From: Octopus sinensis
Lineage: Eukaryota
Assembly: GCF_006345805.1 (NCBI RefSeq)
Contig: NC_043003.1
Span: forward strand, 101,866,001 to 101,930,000
DNA: 64,000 nt
Direction: 5' to 3'
Translations under genes and position numbers: made by a program
Shown here: in pieces, positions 27,623-41,138 of the stretch
Numbering within the stretch: the first letter of the stretch is position 1
Layout of the letters: every line of letters starts with the position of its first letter
The notes under the pieces: model-generated
What the model saw: only the letters and a program-made list of their open reading frames with translations
Told to the model about the DNA's origin: nothing
Database searches by the model: none

Positions 27623-28712
27623 CAAGGGACGTTCAATAAGTAATGCCCCTGACCCACTTTCCATAGCAGTAGAGCAACGAAACTTGGCACAATTATTATT
27701 CCTTTTCTACATAGGAACCACCCAGAGTTACGCATTTCTCCCATCGTTTGATGCAGCTCTGGAGACCGTTTTTGTAGAAGGCCCCAGCTTGGTCCTCCAA
27801 CCACGACATCAGAGGGTGCAAGGTCAGGAGAGTAGGGGGGATGGGGGAGGAGTTCATAGCCGCACGCCTGTGCTTCTGACCTGGCGACACGCGAGTTGTG
27901 GACCGGAGCGTTGTCCTGCAGGAGGAGGATGCCTTTGCTGATCTTGCCCCGCCTCTTGATTTTGATAGCTCTCTTAATTTCCTCAAAAGTGAAGCATAAT
28001 AGGCTCCTGTAATTGTGGTACCCTTTGCCAGGAAATCTGTCATCACTACTCCGTCCTGGTCCCAGAAGACTGTGAGCATGACCTTGCCAGTGAAGAGCTG
28101 CACCCTTGCCTTCTTTGGAGGAGGTGAGTCACAGTGCTTCCACTGCATTGACTGGGCTTTGGTCTCTGGATCATAGTGATGGACCCAGGTTTCATCCTGT
28201 GTAATCAGTCTTTTGAAAAATTTTGACTCATCTTCTTGGCACATCTCCAAATTCATCCTCGAGCACTCGTGTTCTTGCTTTTGGAAAGGTGTGAGCAACC
28301 TGGGAATCCATCTGGCAGACACCTTTTGCATATGCAAATGGTCATGAATGATAGTTTCCACAGACCCATTACTAATCTTGGCCTCATGGGCTATTTGGCG
28401 AATAGTTATGCGTCGATCTTCCAAAATGGCAGCCTCAACTTGACGGACAGATGCCTCATCAATGGCATGAGGGGGACGACCAGATTTGGGAGTTGTTTCC
28501 ACAGAGTTCCGACCATGTTTGAATTCACGGTGCCAGCGTTTTACAAGGTCATATGATGGGGCATCATCACCATAAGTAACTTTCATTTCATCAAAAGTCT
28601 CCCGTGGTGTGCGTCCTTTCAAATACAAAAACTGGATCACTGCTCGACACTCAACAGGCTCCATTTCATACTTGACTCAGTTCAAACACCTGTAAGTCAG
28701 AAACCACAATTA
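27623..28712 (-). mobile_element. Mariner transposon (irritans/HSMAR2-like), one TIR retained
   Basis: TIR TA|CAAGGGACGTTCAATAAGTAATGCC at 27621. Transposase motifs MEPVECRAVIQFL, SGRP, WIPRLL, ITQDETWVHHYDPE and, in an alternate frame, LLQDNAPVH...[12 protein letters not shown]. Confidence 0.93.
27696..28664 (-). pseudogene. Mariner DD34D transposase, frameshifted with a C-terminal internal deletion
   Basis: A frameshift near 27970 moves QDNA..APSD out of the annotated frame, and the sequence after APSD jumps to [10 protein letters not shown]. Confidence 0.88.
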
Positions 28713-29461
28713 GTTTACATTTATATATACACACATATATACACACACATATGTACACATATAGGTGGCTGCCCCTTCGTTATCGAGTATGGCCATTGCA
28801 CAAAGCTTACTGAATGTTGTTATCATGCAATGCCTGTGCAAGAAGATATTTTTTAAAGTGAGGAAAGGCTGTGCACTGAGTCAATCCCACTCACTAAGCA
28901 ACAGCAGTCATAATCCGGAAAGAAGAACAAGTCAACATCATCGGTAACCACTGAGCCACAGGTTTTATGTCAGAGTTATCCCAGTTACCTGAGTTATCTT
29001 CTCCTAGAAGGATGCCCTAACAAAGGCTAGGAGTCCTTCACTCCTAATGGTTTAACTGCGCGATCGGGTATTCAGTCCGATTATTTCTATGTCCCCGCGT
29101 ATGATACATCCTTAAGACATTTATTGGATGGCCATTGACTCTCAAGAGTTCCTCCGCCCTTTGACGGGTTTTATTTTTCATCCTGCAGGGTGTCCAATAA
29201 ACATCCTCCTCACCAAGCAAGCTTCGTGGGGTTGCTGGTTAAGTCGCTGACGACGTGACCATGCAACAGGTTGTACTGGGTGATATGTTACTAGTAGCAC
29301 TCGAAAGTGACCTGACATATATACACACATATACACACACACATATATATGTATATACATATATATATACATATATATACATATGTATTTACATATATAT
29401 ACATATGTATATACATATATATACATATATATACATATGTATATACATATATATATGTATA

Positions 29462-29900
29462 TCTTTAAATATATAAAACTGAGAATGTGTGTCTGTCTGT
29501 CTGTCTGTGTGTTTCCCTAAAACTTGAGAACTACACAACCAATTTCATTCAAATTTCCCACATGCCTTACTTAGGGCCTGGGGAGTGTCATCGGCAAAAA
29601 AAATTTTGAACTTTTTGCCTAGGGTGAGCCCACAGCAATATCATATCTTCTCCACTACGATTCCCTAAAACTTGAGAACTACACAACCGATTCCATTCAA
29701 ATTTTACACATGCCTTACTTAGGGTCCATGTAGTTTCATGGGCAAAAAAGAAAATGTTCAACTTCTTGCCTAGAGCAAGCCCATAGCAATATCATATCTT
29801 CTCCACTATTTCAGTATTACGTGTTAAAAGTGAAACAAAAACATTTCTCTATTTTATGTCAGATACTTTCACTTTAACAATAAAAATAATAATAACAATT
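29462..29900 (+). mobile_element. Helitron-like non-autonomous element, 5' part, with an internal direct repeat
   Basis: Starts tctttaaatatataaaactg...gtctgtctg, like the other Helitron-like heads. ccctaaaacttgagaactacacaacc occurs at about 29515 and about 29663. Confidence 0.5.
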
Positions 29901-30339
29901 GAATTATATGTAGTAAGTAATAATTAAAATCAAACTAAAGTATAACATAACAAAAGTAAAAATAGCAATTGGTATAAAATTGCATCAATGATTTGAACTT
30001 GAATAAGTGGTTTCACATGAATGGGAATAAATTAAAAATAAAATTAGCATGCAGAAATGAAATAGTCCAGATGGATAATAAAAAATTAAATTAAAGAAAA
30101 GACTATTGCCTATAAAGTATACAATGTAGAGAAAAAAGAAGGTTTGAACAAATGGAGGAAAGCACCTTCAAAAGGTGTCTTGGTGCGATTATGAAAGGTA
30201 TCTAATCAGAGGTGGTAAATTCGCCACAATAGAAGCAAGGTTCGAGTCAACAGAGCGTGCAAGGGAGTACTCGACTCAAACTTGCAAAGTGGAAATATTT
30301 TATTTTTACCTTTATATCTGGGATGTAGGATGTGCCGGA

Positions 30340-30570
30340 AAAAAATTAAAAATGCCAAGCAAGCTGAAGGAGGGAATAATATGCCCAATACATAAAGGAG
30401 GAAGTAGAGCAGATGCCAAAAACTATAGGCCTGGTCCCTGTGCATAGATAATCTGAACACAGACAGATGGCACAAGACTGGGGCATCATTGGCAAGTCTG
30501 ATGTCTCGGAGGTGTTCCGCGAACCGGTCAGCCAAGCGGCGTCCCATTTGACTGATGTATAGCTAAGGAC
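30340..30570. mobile_element. Junction of a CR1/L2 RT fragment (+) and a PLE GIY-YIG fragment (-)
   Basis: Plus strand KLKEGIICPIHKGGSRADAKNYRP; minus strand (Q)MGRRLADRFAEHLRDI. Confidence 0.75.
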
Positions 30571-32491
30571 AGGGAGAGCAGGAGATGCCAAATGCATTAA
30601 AATTAATATTAATATCCTCAAAAATATGTTAATATAGTGTTATGAAGGCTATCCAAAATCAGTAAAATTGAACATCTGAAAAATTACCAGTTTATAAATG
30701 CTAACAAAAAGAACACTTAAATTGAATTCAACCTAAGACATTCCCTCACTCAACTAATGCTGACATCACTGGATAATGAAAATGCTTTACTAAAATGAAA
30801 TAAAAAATAAACATGTATGTATACATGCTTGACGTGATGATTGTACATGAACATCATCATCACCATACAGGTGATATTACTTGTTTCTAGTCTTCCATGA
30901 AAAACATGCCTGATTGTGGGGAAATATTTACCTTACTTGGAAACAGGTGAGGGTTGACAACAGGAAAGGCATCTGGCTGTAGAAAGACCTACCTCAACAA
31001 ATTCTGTCTGACTTTTGCAAGCAGAGGAAGTAGATTTCAAATGAGGATGATGATGATGATGATAAATGTGTGTGTCTATATGTGTGTTTCCACATATTGA
31101 CATCACATTAGAGTTGTAAATGAGCATCATCATTATACATGTGGTATCCTTCATTTCCAGTCTTCCATGAAAATATCACTTTAATGGGTAACAGGGGAGG
31201 ATTGGTGACAGGAAGGGTATTTGGCCATAGAAAATCTGCTTCAACAAACTCTGACCTATGCAAGCATGGACAAGTGGATATGAAAATAGTGGCAATTGTG
31301 ACAGCAATAATATTCACTGTATTAGGGGTAGATTAATAACTTCAGCAATTATTTTTTGACACTCAGTTTCAGAAATGTGAAGTCCACTGGGTCAACAAAC
31401 TGACAGATCAGAGAAAACAGAGCCTTTTGCTGATAGGTTTATCAATCAGTACAACCTTAGATATTGCCATGCCAACGTTGAAATTTCTGTCATCTTATAA
31501 AAAATTGATATAACAAAAGAGGTATTGGATAATGTAATCCAAGATATATTGTTTAAAAAAGCAAAGTAGATGGTTTGTCACAATTGCATTATCTTTGGTT
31601 ATAGTTCTATTTCATCAAGAGTATCCCAACCTACTGATTAGAGCCACACTTGATAATGGTTGACTTTAAACCTGATAATAGATAGTTTAACTTATATAGG
31701 TTTTGGCCACTATTGGCTGAGGCCATATCTAACTTGATAGCATCACTTAGTGTAGTCTTTTAAGTCATACTTTGGGACATCATAACTCACTCAAGTGAAG
31801 AGTTTCTGTTTACTGAGCTGGATCCTGGCTTTGGTGGTTTTTCTGGTATTTCTTAGATAATTTTGTCCAGGTAGCTTTTGTATGTTAAAGGGACTTTTCC
31901 TTTCTTGATTTCTTTCAGAATTATGTTGAATAAGCAGGACCAGTTGAGTTAAAAAGTTGTGATGAAAGCTCAATTTTTGTGGAGGGCATATGACTCTGGG
32001 GCCAAGTCTCAGCTGACAAGTGAACTTGATACCAGCATTGTTTAGACAGTATTCATGGAATATTTTCTCCATTCTACAAATAATGTAGCGTTCATGGCAG
32101 TATTGGAGAGAATAAAATTTGAAGTTTTGAGGTTATACCATAGTCAAGGTCTGTCAAACTATTTGGCTGTTTTTGTCTATGATTGATCTCTGGGGTGCTT
32201 CAATCCTTATATTGGGTAGCAATATTCTAAGTGAGACCTTGCAAAAGTAGAGAAGAGAAAAATGATGGTATCAAGACTAGTTTCATTTTCATGGTCTCTT
32301 GAACTCTCTCTCCAGAGTTTTTTTTTTTTTTTAATCTTTCCCTTCTGGTACTTTAATAGCTTTTGGACTTATCATCTTACTTGGCCTTGGGTGGAGTTTA
32401 CCACCCACTATGGGTTTCATTCCCAAGCAACCCAATTCTCAGACTGAAGGACACTGCTGATCATCTCTAGCTCTGAAAGGGGATAGCACCA

Positions 32492-32872
32492 ACTCTTTTA
32501 CTTGTTTCAGTCATTTGACTGCAGCCATGCTGGAGCACCACCTTTAGTCGAACACATTGATCCCGGAACTTATTCTTTGTAAGCCTAGTACTTATTCTTT
32601 CACTCTCTTTTGCCGAACTGTTAATTGACAGGGACATAAACACACCAGCATCAGTTGTCAAGCAATACTAGGGGGACAAACACAGACACACAAACATACA
32701 TGCACTTACATATATATACATATATACGACAGGCTTCTTTCAGTTTCCATCTACCAAATCCACTCATAAGGCTTTGGTCAGCCCGAGGCTATAGTAGAAG
32801 ACACTTACCCAAGGTGCCACGCAGTGAGACTGAACCCGGAACCATGTGGTTGGTAAGCAAGCTACTTACCAC
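32492..32872 (-). mobile_element. tRNA-derived SINE, family A (LINE-like 3' tail)
   Basis: Same family as 55643-56040 and 45755-46118. Confidence 0.88.
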
Positions 32873-33914
32873 AACAACCACAATCAAAGTGACTCTAAAC
32901 CAAGCCAGGTGAAATGATTAGCCACAGAAATATCAGAAAATATTCAAAATTGAACAAAATTTCGGCTCTAAACATTAGTAATCTCAGTGTTACAGACATT
33001 GACTGTGTACAGATTTTAAGGTCATTAGAACATAAGTAACTAGAAAGTTATTTTAATTTTAGCAAGTGATAGGGTATACAATATGGCTATATGTGTTGTA
33101 TGCTTTAACTTCAGTTGTTTAAACAACATTACTCATTTATTAATGTCCAAATTATGGGGAAGCAGGCTGTTTTTTGTTCACAAATTAGCTCTGAATGAGC
33201 AAATCTATAATCAAGAGTCCCAGCCATTACCACCCATTGTTTTGTTGAGGTAATGTGTAGCTAATACTATATTATCAAACATAATTATAGAAATCATTTT
33301 TAAAAGAAAGCAGTGTGATTTAAGGGAATTTGGTTGCTAGTTACAGCAGAGTAGATCTTCACATAGAGGCTTTCTCGTCAGTTTGTATTAAGAGCAGGTG
33401 ATATTTTGAAGTAGAAGGAAGTACAAGGATTGGTCAGTCAATGACTCCTTGACAATTTCATGTGTATTCACAATTGTTATTGCTGTTATCTTTGTGTTAA
33501 GGGGCAGAGTCAATCAAATATTTCATATCAACTTGCACACTAAGACACTCTTAATCTATCTTACTAACTTAAACAGTTGTTTGTTTGCACAAAGATATGC
33601 AGGATAGATATTGTGGTTCAGGACAGATGTGAATGTTTGCTGAATTTTCTAGGGCTTTTGAAATTCATTTTCCTTTTTTAAGTTATTATCTATGTTTTAC
33701 TATATCTATTGAGTTTTTTTTTAACCCAGCCAAAGCTTTATTTTACTGATGTGGGACATTAAGATATTGTGTTTGACACAGTCTTCATTTTTTATGTATT
33801 TCAATCATACATTTTCAATACAGCATTGTTTTAGGGTGCCATTGAAGGTGTGTTTTTTAGAATCATCACCACCATCATCATCATATAACATCTGTCTTCC
33901 ATGCTGGCATGTTA

Positions 33915-35230
33915 TTTGGTTGTTCTGAAAATAATGGCTGCTCTAAGTGTTGTATTTTGAAATGCAATTTTATAATAGTATTTTAATTATATTTTAGGTG
34001 AATTTTGACATACTTAATAATTGATGTATGCACTTTGATAATTTTTTACTTATCTCAGATGGAAAACATGCTTGAAGCATAGGCACCCTTAATTATGAAC
34101 ATGACAAAAAAAAGGACCTTCGCTTACTTTTCTTGCATGAGTTCAAGCTTGGGTACAATGCCTCCCAAACTACTGCCAATATCAACAGAACATAGGAAGA
34201 GGGGTTCACAAGTGATCGTATAGTATGAAGGTGGTTTCAAAAATTCCCTAGTGGTGACGAGAGCCTTGAAGATGAAGGTAGAGAATGGTCATGTAGTCTT
34301 GACAATGAACAACTAAAAGCAATTGTTGAACAAGATCCACTTCAAAGTGTCAGAGAAACATCTCAGGCACTTGGTGTCGGTATTGCAACAGTCTCACACA
34401 ATCTACAGAATATCGTTAAGGTGAAAAGGCTTGATAAATGGATACTGCATGAGCTCAATGAAAATTTCGACATTTTGAAGTGTGCTCGATGCCCTTTCTG
34501 CAAAACACCAATGATCCTTTTCTTGACTGAATAATCACTTGTGATAAAAAGTGAATCCCTTATCATAACTGTAAACGATCAGGTCAATGGCTTGATCATG
34601 ATGAGTCCCCCAAACATTTCCCAAAGCCAAAGTTGCATCAGCAAAAGATTATGGTGACTGTCTGGTGGTCTGCAATCGGAGTTGTCCGTTACAACTTTCT
34701 GGAAGCCACTTGCAAAAAATGAGACCTGCATTGTTGAACTGGTGTGGCCCAATTCTGCTCCACGATAATGCAAAGCCACATGTTGCAAGAATGATGCTGC
34801 AGAAACTCACAGACTTGGGATACGAGACTTTACCACATCCTCCATATTCTCCTGATCTTTCACTCACTGACTACCATTTTTTAAAGCATTTAAACATGTT
34901 TTTAAGTGATAAAACTTTCAGGTCCAAATCGAAGGTGGAATCAGCTTTCAAAGATTTCTTAGCATCAAAGCCAATAAGTTTTTATCAATGAGGCATAAAT
35001 AATCTTGTTGATCGATGGCAGACATGCATAGATGTTCATGGCTCATACTTTGACTAATCAAAACATTTCTAAGTTTTTATCAATGAGGCATAAATAATCT
35101 TGTTGATCGATGGCAGACATGCATAGATGTTCATGGCTCATACTTTGACTAATCAAAACATTTCTATTGTCAATTTTTCCAGAATAAAATTATGCTTCTG
35201 AAATTGACCATTATTTTCGGAACAACCTAG
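33915..35230 (+). mobile_element. Mariner transposon (cecropia/HSMAR1-like), both TIRs, degraded
   Basis: TA-flanked TIRs tttggttgttctgaaaataatgg / ccattattttcggaacaacctag. Relic motifs [36 protein letters not shown]. Confidence 0.92.
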
Positions 35231-35259
35231 TATTTTATTATGTGCGTATTATTCTCATG

Positions 35260-35580
35260 CTTGGTGACTAGTATTGTTGAAATTTGTGATTCCATTCAAT
35301 TGTTATCGAACTGCAGGTCAGCTTTGACCAAGAAGGCATAATCAAAGTTCCACTTATCTTATTTTTAGATAATTTATGTACAACTACATCAGGTTTTGAG
35401 AATTTGGCTTCTATTCTACTAAATCTAGCAGCCATATATAGACTTCTTGTTTTGCAATCAGTGAACAATATATTGTTTGTGTTGTTTATGTGAGAGAGTG
35501 TTGAGATCACAAGAGGTAAAGTGTCGAGAGTCTTTCCTGTTTTGGTAAAGTTTGGTGAGGTTTGTGTTATCATGAGAAGT
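35260..35580 (-). mobile_element. PLE GIY-YIG C-terminal fragment
   Basis: HINNTNNILFTDCKTRSLYMAARFSRIEAK resembles the end of the PLE endonuclease. Confidence 0.4.
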
Positions 35581-35899
35581 TGGTGAATGGTGGTGGGTGA
35601 GACAATTTTATCTTTTATCTAAGGACCACTTCATATCCTATAGTCAAGTTATTGGTACTACTCAATATATTTTTTTATCTCTGTAGAAATTAAACATATT
35701 AGAGAAGATCCTATTTAAAATTGGGTCACATTGCACTCATGGTAATAGTTCTAAGTCTGGCACAAGGCCAACAGTTTTAGGAGAATGGTTAAGTTAATTA
35801 CACCAGTCTCAGTACTTAACTGGAACTTATTTTATTGATCCTGAAGGGATGACAGGCAAAGTTGACCTTAGCAGAATTTTAACTCAGAATGTAAAGAGC

Positions 35900-36640
35900 C
35901 AAAAGAAATGTTGCTATGCATTTTGTCCAGCATGTTAATGATTCTGCCAGCTTGTTGCCTTACTCATGGTAATAACAATATAGAAAACAATTCACAGCAT
36001 GCCAAACTAGAGTTGCATGAATTTCTTTCTTTTTTTTTATGGTTTGATGAGGAGGAAAACTTTGTGCCCTCTGGTACCAATGCAGTGTTCCTCTTGAATA
36101 ACTGCAAAAAATACATGGCCATAAAAGGAATTCTGGAGGGAAAGGAAGGTTTGTGTATAATGGTTAAAGAGGAACCAATTCGGCAGATACAATATGGAAG
36201 ATGAGAAAAGGAAAGACAAGTGAATTGGAAGTAGCACTGCTTTTCTTTTTCTTGTTGAAGATATATCAATCCTCACCAGCAGCTGATACTCTATAAGGCT
36301 GAAATGAAGCCACAATGGAGTATTGCACCCACATCTGGGATGAGACTGCTGCTACACACACTGATAACTTGGACTACATCCAGTGAAGGATCACTCAGTT
36401 AATTGGTATTCCATCACTAACAGACACACTTCATCCTCTGGCCCAGAGATACACTGTCTCCTCTCTCAACCTTTTCTATACTACTATAATACCCACTGTT
36501 CCTTGAACCTGGCTGGTCTCATACTCTTACCACATGAGCACCCCCAATCCATTCGTTTCTTCATATCTCCTTATTCTTGGGGCATCCAATGCCATATTCC
36601 CTGAACTAATCAATGTTCAATCCTTCTTCCCCAGAACATC
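35900..36640 (+). mobile_element. Old jockey/CR1-like LINE 3' fragment
   Basis: Frameshifted LYKA...MEYCTHIWD...IGIPSLTDTLHPLAQR...SSLNLFY. Confidence 0.6.
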
Positions 36641-37075
36641 ATCATCATCATCGTCGTCGTTTAACATCTGTTTTCCATGCAAGCATGGGTTGGACGGTTC
36701 GACCGGGGTCTGGGAAGCCAGGAGGCTGCACCAGGCTCCAGTCTGATCTGGCAGTGGATATCCTTCCTAACGCCAACCACTCCGTGAGTGTAGTGGGTGC
36801 TTTTTATATGCCACCAACACAGGTGCCAGGGGAGGTTGGTAACGGCCATGATCGGTTGGTGCTTTTTACGTGCCACCGGCACAGAAGCCAGTCAAGGTGG
36901 CGCTGGCATCGGCCACATACGGATGGTGCTTTTTACATGCCACTGGCACAGGTGCCGGGATAGGCTGCCAACGGCCACGATCAGTTGGTGCTTTTTACAT
37001 GCCACCGGCACGGAAGCCAGTCAAGGCAGCGCTGGCATCAGCCATGTACGGAGGGTGCTTTTTAGGTGCCAGGGT
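36640..37075 (-). mobile_element. (ATG)n-tailed SINE-like copy with an internal tandem array
   Basis: Five copies of GGTGCTTTTTA.. start at 36796, 36858, 36925, 36987 and 37054. Confidence 0.85.
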
Positions 37076-40000
37076 AGGCTGGCAAGAGACATTAATGGTT
37101 CCTTTTAGTTTCGGTCTACCATATCCACTCACAAAGTTTTGGTTGACTTGGAGCTGTAGTATAAAATACTTGCCCAAAGTAGGACTGAACCTGGAACCAT
37201 GTGATTGGGAAGCAAAGCCTCAACCAACTGACATTAGTTATTGGTTTAATCATTAATAAGTGCCTTTCGCCAAACCAATAAATTATTTGTAATACCAGTT
37301 GAAATTTATTTTTATATTCCAATTTATAGTTCTATATAGTTCAAACACACACACACACATTAATTTCCCTGCCCTTGAGCAAATTTATACATCTGTTTAC
37401 ACATGTGGGTAGATGAGATTAACAGATAGTATTCATAATTAGAATCAACAATGTTCAATCCTGTACATAAGTATATATATATACAGATACAAATCAGGAT
37501 GTTACATAGAACTACAGGTGCAGTGGTAGACTTTATTGCATGTATGAATATACCCACTTTTCAGGGTGTCTGAAATTATACCTTAATAGCAAGTATATAT
37601 TCAATTTTGTTTATTTACTTATTCATATTTTGAAGTCTTCTTAACCATGATGTTATCAATGTTTTGGTTAACAAGTAGTTTATCACAATGTTAGGACTCA
37701 TGTTTATCATGAGCCCTAGAACTCGTAAGGCAGAGTTTATGTATAGAGAACTGAGATCAAAAATGTCACTGACTGAATGAGATGCACGATTAACTTCACA
37801 GCTACTGCTAGAACTCATTTACAGCCGAGAGAACTGGAGCAACATGAAATGAGGGGTTTTGCTCAAGAACACAATGGATCAATTGATCCAGGAATCAAAA
37901 CCACAATCTTATGAGCATGTGTTCAGCACCATAACTACTACACCATATGCCATCACATCTTAATATCATATCACATATCACATTTAAAAGCACTTTTAAA
38001 GATCATGTTTAAATAGGATTCAAGGCTAGAAAGTATACAGCTGCATCTTACTACCCACTCCACTTCCAGTGCCCATGTAAGTTTTCTTATTTTAATCAAA
38101 GTGGGTTGTACTGCCCAGCTTCTTGAGTAAATTATATGAATGCTAGGAAAGAATGGCTGCCATAACAGGTTAAAGTTGGCCATTCTATTTGCTTGCAGGC
38201 TGGAGGTTTTTGAAGAAACCCTGATTATTCATCATCATCATTTAATGTACTGTGAGCTTATCTACTGTTGGCAACTATTTATTGGCTTAATTTTTACACA
38301 CCATAAGAACAATGGCCAAACTGTCCAGAGTTCAAATCTCAGTGAGATAGACTTTACTTTTCATTTTGAAGAAGTCAATAAAATAAGTATAGGTCAAACA
38401 CTGGAGTCAATGTAATTCATTGATTATTAACTGCTTTGACACCATCCTGCCTGAGGTCACCCCATCTTCCACAATACAAACTTCTTGTTTAAAGTCATCT
38501 ACATTAAAACCTTCCATCAAAATTTCATTTCTATTCCAAATGCCAGTTATTAAATTTTTCCTTATTTTCAAAACTAATTGAAAAATTAATACAGAAACCA
38601 TCATCATCGTTGTTTAACGTCCATTTTTTCCATGCTTGCATGGGTCAGACGGAATTTGTTGAGGTAGAATTTCTGTGGTTGGAAGCAAGTTAATACTTCC
38701 CCAGGACCAGACCTGTTTTTTCTCAGAAAATTGGAAATGAACAATATGACTTGCCACTACGTTATGTCAAGATAAAACACACATACGCGGGCCTTTTTAC
38801 AGCTTCTGAAAAAAAAAAAAAAAAAAACATGCTGTGCGTGTGTGTATCAAATCCACTCACAAAGTTTTGGTCGGCCCAGAACTATAGTAGAAGACATTTG
38901 CCCAAGGTACTGCCCAGATGGACTAAACCCGAGACTACATCGTTGGGAAACAAAGTAGTCAGCTTCTAAACACACAACCAGGCCTGCGCCTGTATGCTAA
39001 CCTTCTAAAATACTAATATTTAAATTAACTCGCCACAAACTAGTCCGTTGATTTCCATGTGACAGTTAATACAGACAACAGTAGATTAACAAAACTGTGT
39101 CAACGACCTGGATTCGACACCACTTTGGAAATGCTTCACTAACTCCTCTGTTAATTCCCATATTTTATAATCTTGTCCTCGTTATTGGTGTTCTAAAGAA
39201 TTTTAAAAAATATTTAAAAATAACAAAAGCACGGCTTTGAATCTGTTCACTTTTTGAACTTTAACCAGATGCCTCTTCCCCACCTCCCTAACCACAGTAT
39301 TAACATCACAATCACCACAAGCAACATCAATGAAATTTCTCAAATACAGCTGGTTGTAAACCTGTTACCATTCTCATTGAATTTCGTCAAGGATCAAGAG
39401 TTAAGCGCGGGTGCCTGTGGGTGCGAGCGAATGAGAAGCGTTCGAAGTGTCAAGCAATGGAAACGTCGTTTGTTTTGATTGCTAAAAGTGCATAAAACCT
39501 GACCCCTCCGCTCTCAATCTCTCCGCTTTAATTTCGTTTCTCTTCCTCCCATCATTCCTTCGTGCTTAGCTTTATATTTCACTACATTTATAAACAGGCC
39601 GGCAAGGGCGTCTTTGCTGCTAGAAATAACAACCAAATCTACTTCAAAACCCCACCGGCCACCCACCTTACCACCCAACAAATAAGACATCGGATAATGG
39701 TAATTCGGAATACTAATGTATTGGGAGAGTGGAAATACTAACCGGTGTCTTTCAAGTTTAGCATGCAACTTCTAGTAAATCCTACGGGCCTTGAGTGAAG
39801 GCTCAGAATGAAATTAATAACATCAGTGGGCCAGAAACTAATGTTTGCTCAATGTCATTACAAAATGAGAGAGGGATGCATGTGAATGTCTAATGACAGA
39901 GTTAATATATTTCGTTTGGCCATCTTTCGGTACAAGAAGACGATGTCATTCACTCTCTTTTTCAGCCTGGCCCCTTTATGTCATGCGGGAACGTTGTGTT

Positions 40001-40653
40001 GGTGAATGACGTCATCTTCTAATACCGAAAGATTGCCTTTCGTGTGAACGTATATAAACCCCTAGTAACAATAAAAAAAATATTATAATATATATGCGAG
40101 TTAGATTTCAATTTGTCACCAGGTTAAACACAACCACTAACAACAACAATAGGCACTCCACTTTTGTGGAGTGCATTGGTCTTTGGTAAGGTCCGAGAGC
40201 GGTTGTGGACAATTAACTTCCTAGATTAGTGATTTAAAAATGTATTTTTAAAGTGGTGTGGGTGTGTGTGTGCGTGAATTATTCCTTTAACCCATTCTAG
40301 GATCTCTGGTAAGTTAGCAGCCATTTCCATCCCTGTCCTCTGTCACGCCAAAAAAGGTCGCGGTATTGAGATATATGCGCAATAAAATTATACGAGGACA
40401 AAAAGTAAAAATTTATGTATCTACAGTGTTTGCGAGTGTATAGTGATGTATGTTTACATGTGTATGTGGTTGGGACGTGCAGTCTGCGTAGAAAATACAA
40501 TGAGTAACTGGTTCCCAATTCATTATAAAAATGCTAATTTTAATGCAGGAAGTTCAATCGAATTAATGGGTTATTATCTTGATGTTATACACACAAACTC
40601 ACGCACGCACGCACGCACACACACACCACACACACACACACACACCACACCAC

Positions 40654-40708
<55 letters not shown>

Positions 40709-41138
40709 TGCATTTTCATAGATACTCTGGGATGCATTGTTAGCAATTTACTACACACCCACAGACAGCGAAGAGCTATAGTGAAAATGCAGAAATGAAA
40801 CTGCCTTCAGATGTGTCACTGCAAAGTGAAAGTGTGATGTGATGTAGGGCGGGCGGTGGTTCGTTGTAACCAATTTTAAGAGAAATATTTTATTACTTGT
40901 GAGTTTATAATATAGTTTGTCTGCCTGTCACATACATATATATACACACACATGTATATATATATACACACAAACGCACATACACATATATATACACACG
41001 CACATGTACATATACATGCAAACACATATGTACACATACTCATACATGCAAATATATAGATACTCATACACCTCCCTCTCTCTCTCTTTCTCTCCTGCTT
41101 TTGATTTTTCCTCTATATATATATATATATATATATAT

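Noticed and set aside
23791-27664. ORFs up to 1050 aa rich in Y/I/C/M/V/H/T (also at 6786-8941, 11883-13983, 44979-45820)
   Set aside because: They are translations of TA/CA microsatellites, which lack stop codons in several frames. No protein signal.
36796-37075. CRISPR-like repeat-spacer appearance
   Set aside because: The spacers alternate ABAB and are homologous, the array lies inside a eukaryotic SINE, and there are no cas genes.
37500-37580. Possible sulfatase exon 2 (tttcag|ACACCC...)
   Set aside because: The frame hits TGA at the third codon and the rest does not resemble GNS.
40153-40174. Histone 3' stem-loop
   Set aside because: The stem is 9 bp with the wrong sequence, and there is no histone ORF upstream.
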